Assembly (NCBI GenBank): GCA_034928145.1
Contig: JAYFPE010000004.1
Coordinates: 67,223-131,222, forward strand
DNA from: Candidatus Pelethousia sp.
GTDB lineage: Bacteria; Bacillota; Clostridia; Christensenellales; CAG-138
DNA length: 64,000 nt
Direction: 5' to 3'
Position 1 is the first letter of the stretch. Each line of letters begins with the position of its first letter. The translations under genes and the position numbers were made by a program. This document shows, piece by piece, positions 9,239 to 17,325 of this stretch. The notes below the pieces were generated by a model that was given only the letters and a program-made list of their open reading frames with translations, did no database searches and was not told the DNA's origin.

Positions 9239-11101
9239 ATGGAAACCAAAAAGTACTATGCCGAGGATATGCCAGCCGCGATGGAACAGATCAAGCGGGA
9301 ACTGGGCGCGGACGCGATCATTATAAAAAGCCGCAAAATTAAGCAAAAATATGGCCCGCTGGGCTTGTTGCGCAAAAGCGTATATGAAGTGGTGGTCAGT
9401 TGCGATAAGAACGAGCCGCTCAATAAACGCCGGGAAATAAGCGCCCGGGAAGCCCTCTCCCAGCGCCTCACCCCGCCCGCAAACGATGCGGCCGCCAAAG
9501 CGCCGCTGGAAAAGGCCATCATCGAGCGCACGGCGGAAAAGGCCGCGCCGCAGGAATCTGCACCGCCGCCCGTACAGCCGGAGCGCTTTGCGCAGCTGAT
9601 GCAAAAGACCGTTCGCGGCCTGGTCGACGATGAAGATGATGATATGCTCCGCATTCTTTCCGCAGCCCAGGCGCAGGAGCAGCCCGCAGCCGTTACGCCT
9701 GCGTCCAAGCTGGGGGCCTACGCCACGGGCGCGCAGCAGCCCAAGGCCCCGGTGCGGCCCGCTAACGCGGCGCCCGTGCCCTCCGCCCTGGTGACCCAGG
9801 CATCCGTAAACGCGGCGCCGCTGCCCTCCGCCCTTGTAAGCCACGCGCCCGCAGCGCCTATTGCCTTTGGGCAGCCTGCAGCCGCGCAGGTAATCCCTGC
9901 GCCTGCCTCCGCCACGCTTTCCGTAAGCGATCGCGCGCCCTTGCACGGTTTCGCGTCCGCGAGCGCGCCTGACCCCGTGATGTTCGTGCAGGCCCCTGCC
10001 GCGGTCGAAGCCGCCATGCAGACCCCCGCCGCGCAGGTCCCTGCCGTGCAGGCCCCTGCCGCGCAGGCCCCTGCCGCGCATACTGCTCCCGCGCCGGCTC
10101 CCGCACAGGCGGAGGCGCCGGCCGCGCCTGTCAAGCGGGGGCGGGGCAGGCCCCGCAAGTATCCGCAGACAACGCCAGCGTCCTCGGCGCAAGCCACCCC
10201 CGCCCAGGGCGAGGCGGAAACGCTGGTGCGCCTGGCCACGCTGGAGAAGATGATATTGGATATCCGCCAGAAGCTGGGCGGCCAGGGCGAGCGGCAGGAG
10301 GCGCAAACCGCTGCGGCCAAGGCCAGGCCGGGCAGCGAGCTGAACCTCACAGCCCTGCTGGCGCGCCTGGAGGAGCAGGATGTGGATCAAACCGCGCTCA
10401 CCGCGCTGGAGGCTGCGGCCCGCTTGCGCATGGAGCAGGGTGAGAACGATTACCAAGCCATCTCCGGCGCTTTGGAGCAGATGCTGGGCAAGCCCCGCTA
10501 CATCCGGGCGTCTAAAAACAAGCCCCGCTGCATCATGCTTATCGGCCCCACCGGCGTGGGCAAAACCACAACGCTGGTCAAGCTGGTTTCCTCCTGCATC
10601 TTCGAGCGGGGGGCCAAGGTGGGCATCATCAACGCGGATGTTTTCCGCGTGGGCGCGCAGGATCAACTGGGCACTTACGCCAACATCCTCGACGTGCCCG
10701 TAACCACCATTTACGACTCGCGGGAGATTGTGGAGGCCGTGGCCGCCTTTTCGGAGCTGGATTTCGTCTTTATCGATACCAGCGGCAAGGCCCCGCAGGA
10801 TAAGGCCTACCAGGCGGAGCTGGGCCGGCTCTCCACATTGGGCGATATCCAGGAGACCTACCTCACGGTATCCAGCGCCACCTCCGGCCGGGTGTGCAGG
10901 CAGATCGTGAAGGAATACGAGAACATCGGCCCTTACCGGGTGGTGGTGACCAAGCTCGACGAAAGCGGCAGCTATGGCGCGGCGGTGAACCTCTGCCAGG
11001 CCAGCGGCCAGCCCCTTTCCTATATTACGACCGGACAGAACGTGCCCGAGGATATTTGCCGGGCGCGGGTAGACGAGATCATTGCGAGCCTGCTGAGGTA
11101 A
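9239..11101 (+). CDS. flhF: flagellar SRP-type GTPase FlhF with an expanded low-complexity N-terminal region
   Basis: 620 aa. The G domain has GPTGVGKTTT, DTSGK and TKLDE motifs. Residues ~70-370 are Ala/Pro-rich repeats containing a KRGRGRPRK AT-hook-like motif. Confidence 0.9.
   Translation: METKKYYAEDMPAAMEQIKRELGADAIIIKSRKIKQKYGPLGLLRKSVYEVVVSCDKNEPLNKRREISAREALSQRLTPPANDAAAKAPLEKAIIERTAEKAAPQESAPPPVQPERFAQLMQKTVRGLVDDEDDDMLRILSAAQAQEQPAAVTPASKLGAYATGAQQPKAPVRPANAAPVPSALVTQASVNAAPLPSALVSHAPAAPIAFGQPAAAQVIPAPASATLSVSDRAPLHGFASASAPDPVMFVQAPAAVEAAMQTPAAQVPAVQAPAAQAPAAHTAPAPAPAQAEAPAAPVKRGRGRPRKYPQTTPASSAQATPAQGEAETLVRLATLEKMILDIRQKLGGQGERQEAQTAAAKARPGSELNLTALLARLEEQDVDQTALTALEAAARLRMEQGENDYQAISGALEQMLGKPRYIRASKNKPRCIMLIGPTGVGKTTTLVKLVSSCIFERGAKVGIINADVFRVGAQDQLGTYANILDVPVTTIYDSREIVEAVAAFSELDFVFIDTSGKAPQDKAYQAELGRLSTLGDIQETYLTVSSATSGRVCRQIVKEYENIGPYRVVVTKLDESGSYGAAVNLCQASGQPLSYITTGQNVPEDICRARVDEIIASLLR
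9764..9850 (+). repeat. two ~45-nt in-frame direct repeats inside flhF
   Basis: aacgcggcgcccgtgccctccgccctggtg... is repeated as aacgcggcgccgctgccctccgcccttgta..., encoding NAAPVPSALV / NAAPLPSALV. Confidence 0.7.
10019..10078 (+). repeat. four tandem 15-nt in-frame repeats inside flhF (a further copy at 9989-10003)
   Basis: cagacccccgccgcg / caggtccctgccgtg / caggcccctgccgcg / caggcccctgccgcg, encoding (Q-x-P-A-A)n. Confidence 0.8.
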
Positions 11102-11106
11102 CGGAT

Positions 11107-11961
11107 ATGGACCAAGCGGAAAGCCTGCGCAAATTAGCCAAAGCAAAAGAGAAAAAGGGTCCCACCGTGGCCGCTGTGGCCAGCGGTAAAGGCGGCACGG
11201 GGAAAACCAGCTTTTGCATCAATTTGGCCATCGCCTTAGCCGGGTTGGGCAAATCCGCCATGATTGTGGACGCGGATTTTGGCCTCTCCAATGTGGATGT
11301 TATGCTGGACGCGCACCCAAAGCACAACATCGGCGAGGTGCTCCAGGGCTTGGTGCCCCTTTCGGAGGCCGTATGCAAGGGCCACGGCGGCATTTGGTAT
11401 GTTTCCGGCGGCAGCGGCGAGGAAGCGGTAATGCGCATCCGGCGGGATATGCTCAAAAGCCTGCAAAAGCAGATGGCCGAGTTGGGCGCGGATCTGGACT
11501 ATATCCTGATCGACTGCGGCGCGGGCGTGAATGAAACCATGCTGCGCATGATTGCCAGCGCGGATGAATGCCTGCTGGTAGTCACGCCGGAGCCCACCGC
11601 CATCACGGACGCCTTCGTGCTGCTCAAAACGCTGGCGGCCCGGCAGGAGAAGCTGGCCGTATCCTTTGTGATGAACCGCGCGGATACGCCGCTCGAGGCC
11701 ATGACCATGTCCCGCTACTTCAAAAATATCGTCAGCAAATATCTAGGGTTTGAAATGTATTTCCTGGGCCAGGTGGCCTTTGATAAAAACGTGGTAAATT
11801 CCATCAACAAGCAGATGCCCCTGATGCTCAGCTATCCCAATAGCCCTGCCGCCAAGGATATGCTACGCATCGCCGGCCAATATGCCGATGTGGAGGCCCC
11901 GCGCTCCTCCGGCGGGTTGCCTGGATTTTTTGAAAAGATAGCGATGCGATATGGAAAGTAA
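11107..11961 (+). CDS. flhG: MinD/ParA-type flagellar number regulator FlhG (YlxH/FleN)
   Basis: Internal ATG at 11107. The deviant Walker A motif AVASGKGGTGKTS is present, and the gene follows flhF. Confidence 0.85.
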   Translation: MDQAESLRKLAKAKEKKGPTVAAVASGKGGTGKTSFCINLAIALAGLGKSAMIVDADFGLSNVDVMLDAHPKHNIGEVLQGLVPLSEAVCKGHGGIWYVSGGSGEEAVMRIRRDMLKSLQKQMAELGADLDYILIDCGAGVNETMLRMIASADECLLVVTPEPTAITDAFVLLKTLAARQEKLAVSFVMNRADTPLEAMTMSRYFKNIVSKYLGFEMYFLGQVAFDKNVVNSINKQMPLMLSYPNSPAAKDMLRIAGQYADVEAPRSSGGLPGFFEKIAMRYGK

Positions 11962-12613
11962 CAATCAGAACCGGGCCCTCCCGGAAAAAACCGAATTATC
12001 CGTAGGCGCCCTGGTATCCCTCTTCGTGAACGGCAAGCGCTTGAGCAAGGAAATCCTGGAGCGGCGGGCCGAGCATCTGTTGTTGGGCGCGCTGGAGGAA
12101 AGCTGGGAAGTGCCCTTTCACCACCAAACGGCCTGCCTCGTGCAGATGCTGCCCGATCAGCGAATCCTCTTCGCGGTGCTGCGCTATGAGGAGGGTCGGG
12201 GCCGCGGCTTGGGGCGGCGGGATCTTTTCCGCCTGATCCCCGGCGGTTCCATGTATATCTGGTCCGGCCTCAACAAGATGGCCATGCATGAGTGGTGCCC
12301 TCTTAAGGTATACGATCCCTACCTGACCGAGGAGGTATTGTTGGAGGACCAGGCGTTTTTATTTGCCCTATCCGAAACAGAAGCCAGCATGATGGTGCAC
12401 AAGCCGCTGCCGCTGGGCGCCTTTGCGGATTGTACCTTCGTACTGGATGAGAAGCCGCTGGTCATGCGGGCCGTGCTGGCCCGCTGCGAAGATCTGGATG
12501 GCGGCGCGGGCTACCGGGCCCATTTCATGCTGATCGACCCACAGCTGCAGCCCCTGCTGCGCGAGTTCCTGCTGGAGGAGCAGGCTAGGCGGCTGCAAGC
12601 GGCTGTGATATGA
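11951..12613 (+). CDS. hypothetical protein, possibly a degenerate PilZ/YcgR-like flagellar protein
   Basis: 220 aa, overlapping the flhG stop. Genes between flhG and fliA are, from memory, often PilZ-type. An RRxxxR motif (RRDLFR) is present, but I cannot find a convincing DxSxxG motif. Confidence 0.4.
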   Translation: MESNNQNRALPEKTELSVGALVSLFVNGKRLSKEILERRAEHLLLGALEESWEVPFHHQTACLVQMLPDQRILFAVLRYEEGRGRGLGRRDLFRLIPGGSMYIWSGLNKMAMHEWCPLKVYDPYLTEEVLLEDQAFLFALSETEASMMVHKPLPLGAFADCTFVLDEKPLVMRAVLARCEDLDGGAGYRAHFMLIDPQLQPLLREFLLEEQARRLQAAVI

Positions 12614-12632
12614 TCAAGAAGGAGGAGAGCAT

Positions 12633-13418
12633 ATGGAGGAGCGCTTAAACCTGGCCCACGAGCAGGCGCAGGAACTTTGGCGCCAATTCCAGCAGGACCG
12701 CTCCGTGGAAAATAAAAATAAGCTGGTTATGCACTATCTCTTTTTGGTGCGTGGCATAGCCGGCCGCCTGATGCCCCTCTACAGCGCCCATACCAACTAC
12801 GACGATCTGATTGGCTATGGGGTGCTGGGCTTGATCGACGCTGTGGACAAATTCATCCCTGAGCGCGGCGTCCGTTTTGACGCTTACGCGGCCAAGCGCA
12901 TTCGGGGCGAAATCATCGACAACATGCGAAAGCAGGATTGGGCGTCGGCAAGCCTTAGGAGCCGCATCAAGCAAATCGGCCAGGCCTACGAAACGCTGGG
13001 CTACGAGCAGGATGACGTGGGCGAGGAGAAGGTGGCCGAGGCCCTGGGGCTGGATGTGCAGCAGGTGCGAGCCGCTCTTGAAAAAGCCTATATGTTCAAC
13101 ATGGTCCACTTTGAGGCTATTTTGAACAACGGCGCGGGCGGCGGCGCCTCCGTAGAGAACCTGCTGCCCGAAAACGAAGAGGAAGGGCCCCAGCGCCAGC
13201 TCGAAAAGCAGGAGTTCAAAAAAACGCTGATGGCGGCTATCACCCGCCTTTCCCCCAACGAAAGGCAGGTTATCACCCTCTACTATTACGAAGAACTGAT
13301 GCTCAAGGATATTGCCCAATTGATGCAGGTCACACCGGCGCGGGTCTCCCAGATCCATTCCCGTGCCCTGCTCAAGATACGAACAGAGCTGGAAGGCTAT
13401 ATTCAGCAAGGCGATTAA
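12633..13418 (+). CDS. fliA: flagellar sigma factor FliA / SigD (sigma-28)
   Basis: 261 aa. Region 2 (YDDLIGYGVLGLIDAVDKF, YAAKRIRGEIID) and the region 4 HTH (LKDIAQLMQVTPARVSQIHSRAL) are recognisable. Confidence 0.9.
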   Translation: MEERLNLAHEQAQELWRQFQQDRSVENKNKLVMHYLFLVRGIAGRLMPLYSAHTNYDDLIGYGVLGLIDAVDKFIPERGVRFDAYAAKRIRGEIIDNMRKQDWASASLRSRIKQIGQAYETLGYEQDDVGEEKVAEALGLDVQQVRAALEKAYMFNMVHFEAILNNGAGGGASVENLLPENEEEGPQRQLEKQEFKKTLMAAITRLSPNERQVITLYYYEELMLKDIAQLMQVTPARVSQIHSRALLKIRTELEGYIQQGD

Positions 13419-13521
13419 AGCAAGGCGCATATACGAAGAATATATAAACCAGAACGGCAATTCTCGCAAATAAAGTTCAATGCATTTCAGATAGAACCAT
13501 ATGGAACGGAGGTGGCAGGTC

Positions 13522-15312
13522 ATGAAGCTATTCCGATCGAACAAAGGCGTCGGGCACGAGCAGGCGGCCCCGGAAGAGGCCGCGGCCAAAGAGGCGATCG
13601 ATATTTCCGCGCCGCTAGAGCCTGAGGAAACGCCGCAACAGGCAGATCAGAATGAAGGGGACGAACGGGAACTGACGGAAGCCGATTTTCTCCTGGCCTA
13701 TGAGCCGGAGGGCGTATTTTTGAGCATCGCCGGCGGGCGGCCATTGCGCGTATCGGAACAGGAGCGGCTGGTCCGCTATCTTTCCCGCAAGAAGGTTAAG
13801 CTGCTGGATATGGAAAAGGTGCTGCCTGCCCTCAACGGCGCAGGCGTAGAGCACCTTTGGATCGCGCCGCAGCAGGAGGAGAGCGTTTATGACGAAGCCT
13901 ACGCCCTGACCTTATCCGCAGACATGATGGAAGCCTACGTCACGCTTTCGGCCCCGGAGCCGGGCAAGGGCAAGCGGCTATCCGCGGAGCAAGTGCTCGA
14001 GGAACTGGCCCGGCGCAGCCAGATTACCTACGGGCTGGATCGGGAGGGCTTTCGCGCTTTTTTGGCTGCGCCCGTTTATGACGAGCCCTTCGTGATTGCC
14101 CGTGGCCTGGCTGCGATTCCCGGGGAGGATGGAAGGCTGGATTGGCACATCGAACGGCGGGACGGCATTACCACCTATAAGCTTCGCGACGTGAAGGAGG
14201 ACGAGCAGGTCGATTATAAAAACCTTGACCTGTTCGACCAGGTCAAGCAGGATCAGTTGCTGGTGACCCGGATACCTCCCAAGGAGGGCAAGCCCGGGCG
14301 CACGGTGCTGGGGCGGGAGACTCCGGCGGCACCGGGGAAGAACTACCTCCTGCCACAGGGCAAGAATACCTACATCACCAAAGATGGACTCGAGCTGCGT
14401 GCGGCCCTGGCGGGCCGAGTGGATGAGATAAATGGCCATTTGATCGTGAGCAACGTGTACCACATCCCGGGAGATGTGGATCTGAGCGTGGGCAACATCG
14501 ATTTCGACGGCGACGTGGTGGTGGACGGCAACGTGATCAGCGGCTTCACCATCAAAGCCTCGGGCAGCATTGAGGTCAAAGGCATCGTGGAAGGCTCGGC
14601 CCTGGAGGCTGGGGGCGATATCTTCATCCGCGGCGGCATTCAAGGGGGCGGCAAGGGCATGCTGCAGGCGCAGGAAGGCATCTATGTGCGCTTTGCGGAA
14701 TACGCCACCCTGCAGGCGGGTACCATCGTATCCGCGGAAAGCCTTCTGCACAGCAACGTCAGTTGCCTGGGCCCGGTGGAGGTTGTGGATGGCCGGGGGA
14801 GCATCATCGGCGGCAACGTTTGTGCGGCCACGTATATCGCCGCCCGGTTTTTGGGCAATTCCAGCGGCCGTGCTACGGACTTGCAGGTGGGCCTTTCTCC
14901 AAAGAGCCGGGTGCGCCTGGCGGAGCTGGAGAAGATGACGTTTTCCCTCAAAAAGGTGGTAGAGCGCCTGCAGGTCATTTTACAGGAGAACCCGGACGCC
15001 CCGCCCAAGGGGCAGCGGGAGCAGGAGGCGCGCATGGAGAATGTGCGCAAGCTCCTCCAATATAAAAAACTGATGCTGGATTACGAAGCGGAGCTGGAAG
15101 AACTCAAAGAGAGTATGGATGGGAAAAAGAACGGGGAGGTGCACGCTATGCAAACAGCCTACCCCGGCATATGCATCACCATCGGCCTAGCCAAGAACAG
15201 GCTGACGCAATCCGTGGATTATGCCACTTTCCGGCGGGTAGAGGGGAATATCGAATTTACAAACTGCCGCTTCCGGCCGGAGTTGGTGCGTACAAGAAAA
15301 AGAAGGAGATGA
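13522..15312 (+). CDS. FapA-family (DUF342) protein
   Basis: Start at the ATG at 13522 (GGAGGTG 7 nt upstream). There is a long beta-helix-like repeat region (GDVDLSVGNIDFDGDVVVDGNVISGFTIKASGSIEVKGIVEGSALEAGGDIFIRGGIQGG) and a C-terminal coiled coil, as in FapA/DUF342. Confidence 0.75.
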   Translation: MKLFRSNKGVGHEQAAPEEAAAKEAIDISAPLEPEETPQQADQNEGDERELTEADFLLAYEPEGVFLSIAGGRPLRVSEQERLVRYLSRKKVKLLDMEKVLPALNGAGVEHLWIAPQQEESVYDEAYALTLSADMMEAYVTLSAPEPGKGKRLSAEQVLEELARRSQITYGLDREGFRAFLAAPVYDEPFVIARGLAAIPGEDGRLDWHIERRDGITTYKLRDVKEDEQVDYKNLDLFDQVKQDQLLVTRIPPKEGKPGRTVLGRETPAAPGKNYLLPQGKNTYITKDGLELRAALAGRVDEINGHLIVSNVYHIPGDVDLSVGNIDFDGDVVVDGNVISGFTIKASGSIEVKGIVEGSALEAGGDIFIRGGIQGGGKGMLQAQEGIYVRFAEYATLQAGTIVSAESLLHSNVSCLGPVEVVDGRGSIIGGNVCAATYIAARFLGNSSGRATDLQVGLSPKSRVRLAELEKMTFSLKKVVERLQVILQENPDAPPKGQREQEARMENVRKLLQYKKLMLDYEAELEELKESMDGKKNGEVHAMQTAYPGICITIGLAKNRLTQSVDYATFRRVEGNIEFTNCRFRPELVRTRKRRR

Positions 15313-15318
15313 GCTTGC

Positions 15319-15654
15319 ATGATCAAGGGCATAGATGCGCAGGTCATGACGCAGCGGGTTACGGAATATTCCAAAGACGTGAGCGCCACGCTGCATAGGG
15401 ACGAACTGGCCAACGAGTTTGCGGATCGCATGAACAAGCTCAACGCACAGCAGGAGGCCAAAACCGTTTCCCATCTGGAAAAAGCGGAGCATGCCCGCGT
15501 CAATGTGGATCAGGAGCAGGGCCACGAGCGGCAGGAACAGCGGCGCAGGCAGGATAAGGCCATGCCCGGACAGGCCGAGGCGGCCGCCCGGGAGCCGGAG
15601 CTGCCTGGAATCGGGCCGCGTACGGAACCCCGGCTGCTGGACATCGAGATATAA
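15319..15654 (+). CDS. hypothetical small charged protein in the flagellar operon
   Basis: 111 aa with AGGAG 10 nt upstream. It is tightly packed between the FapA gene and the next ORF. The sequence is Glu/Gln/Arg-rich and I recognise no family. Confidence 0.5.
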   Translation: MIKGIDAQVMTQRVTEYSKDVSATLHRDELANEFADRMNKLNAQQEAKTVSHLEKAEHARVNVDQEQGHERQEQRRRQDKAMPGQAEAAAREPELPGIGPRTEPRLLDIEI

Positions 15655-15656
15655 GA

Positions 15657-16403
15657 TTGAAATTCCACAAGAAGGAGTTTGTTAGCGGAGTGAATTGGCC
15701 GGTCTTCGCCTTGGTAACCTATGTTTTCTTTCTGGCGTTGTTGTTGGCTGCGCTAATCCTGCGGAGCCTGCGTGACACGAAAGGCCGCTACCAAAAGCTG
15801 CTGGAAGAAAAAGAACAAAAGCTCATGGCCATGCAGTTGGATCTGGAGGATACGCTGGAGGCCCTACAGGCGCAGGCAGCTGTGCTGGAAACGGAATGGG
15901 GCGCGGCCCAGCGCCGTTCCCAGGACTCACTGGTATCCGTTCAGCAGCGCTTGCTGGAGATCCAGGGCGGCTTATCCGGCCTGCAAGGACGTATCGCCCG
16001 GCTGGAGCGCGCGCCCGGGCCGCAGGCCGCTGAACCCGCTTTAGCGGTTCGGCAGGCCGAGCTCGTTCCGCCGCAGCCGGCTCAGCGGGAGGGCCCCGTA
16101 CCGGACAGCTCCGGGGTGGATAGCCCCGGAGTGGATAGTCCCGGGGTGGGTAGTCCCGGAGTGGACCGTTCCGGGGTGGAGCGCCCCGGGCTAGAGAACT
16201 TTGATCCGGAGCGCTTCGGGGCGGAAGACGCGACTGAGCTGGAGCAGCCCAGGCAGCGGGCGCTGTCGCTGTTGCAAAGCGGCATGAGTGTGGCCCAGGT
16301 TTCGCGGGAGCTGGGATGCTCCTTTACGGAGGCCACGCTGCTTTTTGACCAATGGCGCAGGGGATATCTCAGGGAGGAACTGGAGGAAGGCCCGCCGGCA
16401 TGA
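15657..16403 (+). CDS. hypothetical single-pass membrane protein with coiled coil, PGVDS-type repeats and a C-terminal HTH-like segment
   Basis: 248-aa ORF with a TTG start (the start is uncertain). TM segment [20 protein letters not shown], followed by a heptad-rich region, then [27 protein letters not shown]. The C-terminal [26 protein letters not shown] resembles a helix-turn-helix. Confidence 0.55.
   Translation: MKFHKKEFVSGVNWPVFALVTYVFFLALLLAALILRSLRDTKGRYQKLLEEKEQKLMAMQLDLEDTLEALQAQAAVLETEWGAAQRRSQDSLVSVQQRLLEIQGGLSGLQGRIARLERAPGPQAAEPALAVRQAELVPPQPAQREGPVPDSSGVDSPGVDSPGVGSPGVDRSGVERPGLENFDPERFGAEDATELEQPRQRALSLLQSGMSVAQVSRELGCSFTEATLLFDQWRRGYLREELEEGPPA
16111..16190 (+). repeat. five tandem 15-nt in-frame repeats
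   Basis: ccggggtggatagcc / ccggagtggatagtc / ccggggtgggtagtc / ccggagtggaccgtt / ccggggtggagcgcc, encoding the PGVDS-type pentapeptides. Confidence 0.85.
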
Positions 16404-16444
16404 GGTTTTCGGGGCTTTTCTTGCAAATTTTCAATGCGAAGGGC

Positions 16445-16472
16445 TAAAGTCTAAGGCGGAAAACTGCGATAT
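16445..16472 (+). promoter_or_regulatory. candidate sigma-D type promoter upstream of the rod and late genes
   Basis: TAAA (16445-16448), a 16-nt spacer, then tGCGATAT (16465-16472). The -10 element matches GCCGATAT at 6 of 8 positions and the spacer is one nt longer than consensus. Confidence 0.45.
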
Positions 16473-16531
16473 AATAATTGAGGTTTAAGAATGCCTCGGG
16501 CAGAATGGCAATGGCAGGAGGAAAAACGCGT

Positions 16532-17293
16532 ATGGTGCGTGGATTATACTTAGCTGGCACCGGCATGCTGGTGCAGCGCAGCAAAATGGACGTAACGACC
16601 AACAATATCGCCAATGCGGATACCTTGGGATATAAGCAGGATACCCTGCTTTCCCGCTCCTTTGAGGATATGCTCATCAGCCGCATGAACGACCCTTCCG
16701 TGCTCAACCAAACCAAGGTGGTAGGCCCACTGGGCACGGGCACCCATATCGACGAGGTATTCACCTCTTTTGAGCAGGGTACGCCGGAGCAGACCGGCCT
16801 TTCCACGGATCTATGCATCGTAGGCAGAGCCTTCTTCGCGGTGGATACCCCGGATGGCGAGCGCTATACCCGGGCGGGCAACTTTACGCTCGACTCGGAG
16901 GGCAACCTGCTCGACGCCAATGGCAACGCCGTTTTGGGCGAGGGCGGAGGCATCCAGCTAACGAGCGACCGCTTCTTTGTAAACAACATGGGCCACATCG
17001 TCGACCTGGATACGGGCGAGCAGGTGGGCGCGTTGCGCCTGGTCGATTTCGATAACCCCGAGAACCTGCGCAAGGCGGGAAACAACTACTTCTACGACTA
17101 CGGCGGAGCCGGCGGCGGGGAAGCCGAGGATTCTCAAGTGATGCAGGGCTACATCGAAACCAGCAATGTCAACATCGCCAGGGAGATGGTGGATATGATC
17201 ATCACCAGCCGGGCTTACGAAACCAACCAGCGCTCTGCCCGCATGATCGACGAAACGTTGGATCGGGCCGTGAACGACATCGCCAAGTTCTAA
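16532..17293 (+). CDS. flagellar basal-body rod protein (FlgF / FlhO-like)
   Basis: Internal ATG at 16532. MVRGLYLAGTGMLVQRSKMDVTTNNIANADTLGYK is present, and the C-terminal GYIETSNVNIAREMVDMIITSRAYE is the rod-family signature. Confidence 0.85.
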   Translation: MVRGLYLAGTGMLVQRSKMDVTTNNIANADTLGYKQDTLLSRSFEDMLISRMNDPSVLNQTKVVGPLGTGTHIDEVFTSFEQGTPEQTGLSTDLCIVGRAFFAVDTPDGERYTRAGNFTLDSEGNLLDANGNAVLGEGGGIQLTSDRFFVNNMGHIVDLDTGEQVGALRLVDFDNPENLRKAGNNYFYDYGGAGGGEAEDSQVMQGYIETSNVNIAREMVDMIITSRAYETNQRSARMIDETLDRAVNDIAKF

Positions 17294-17325
17294 CCGCCCA
17301 AGCGTGAACGAGGAAAGGAAGCAGC

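Noticed and set aside
9989-10078. Regularly spaced 15-nt repeats that could superficially suggest a CRISPR-like or minisatellite array.
   Set aside because: The units are contiguous with no spacers. They are in frame and lie inside the flhF coding region, encoding QxPAA repeats. They are not a CRISPR array.
9209-11146. A 645-aa ORF on the minus strand, together with similar long antisense ORFs at 3258-4559, 12645-13589, 33743-34996, 36826-38334, 40513-41592, 51645-53258 and 55377-56555.
   Set aside because: Each lies entirely antisense to a gene with unmistakable family motifs (flhF, fliO/fliP, fliA, sugar-binding protein, permease/xylB, isomerase, DUF1116, Mo subunit). Their translations are Arg/Gly/Pro/His-rich low-complexity strings with no RBS context. 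Such open antisense frames are expected in ~60% GC DNA.
13419-13521. A possible sigma-D promoter (TAAA-gttcaatgcatttca-GATAGAAC) upstream of the FapA gene.
   Set aside because: The -10 element matches the GCCGATAT consensus poorly, with only the GATA core. It is not distinguishable from chance in an AT-rich spacer.
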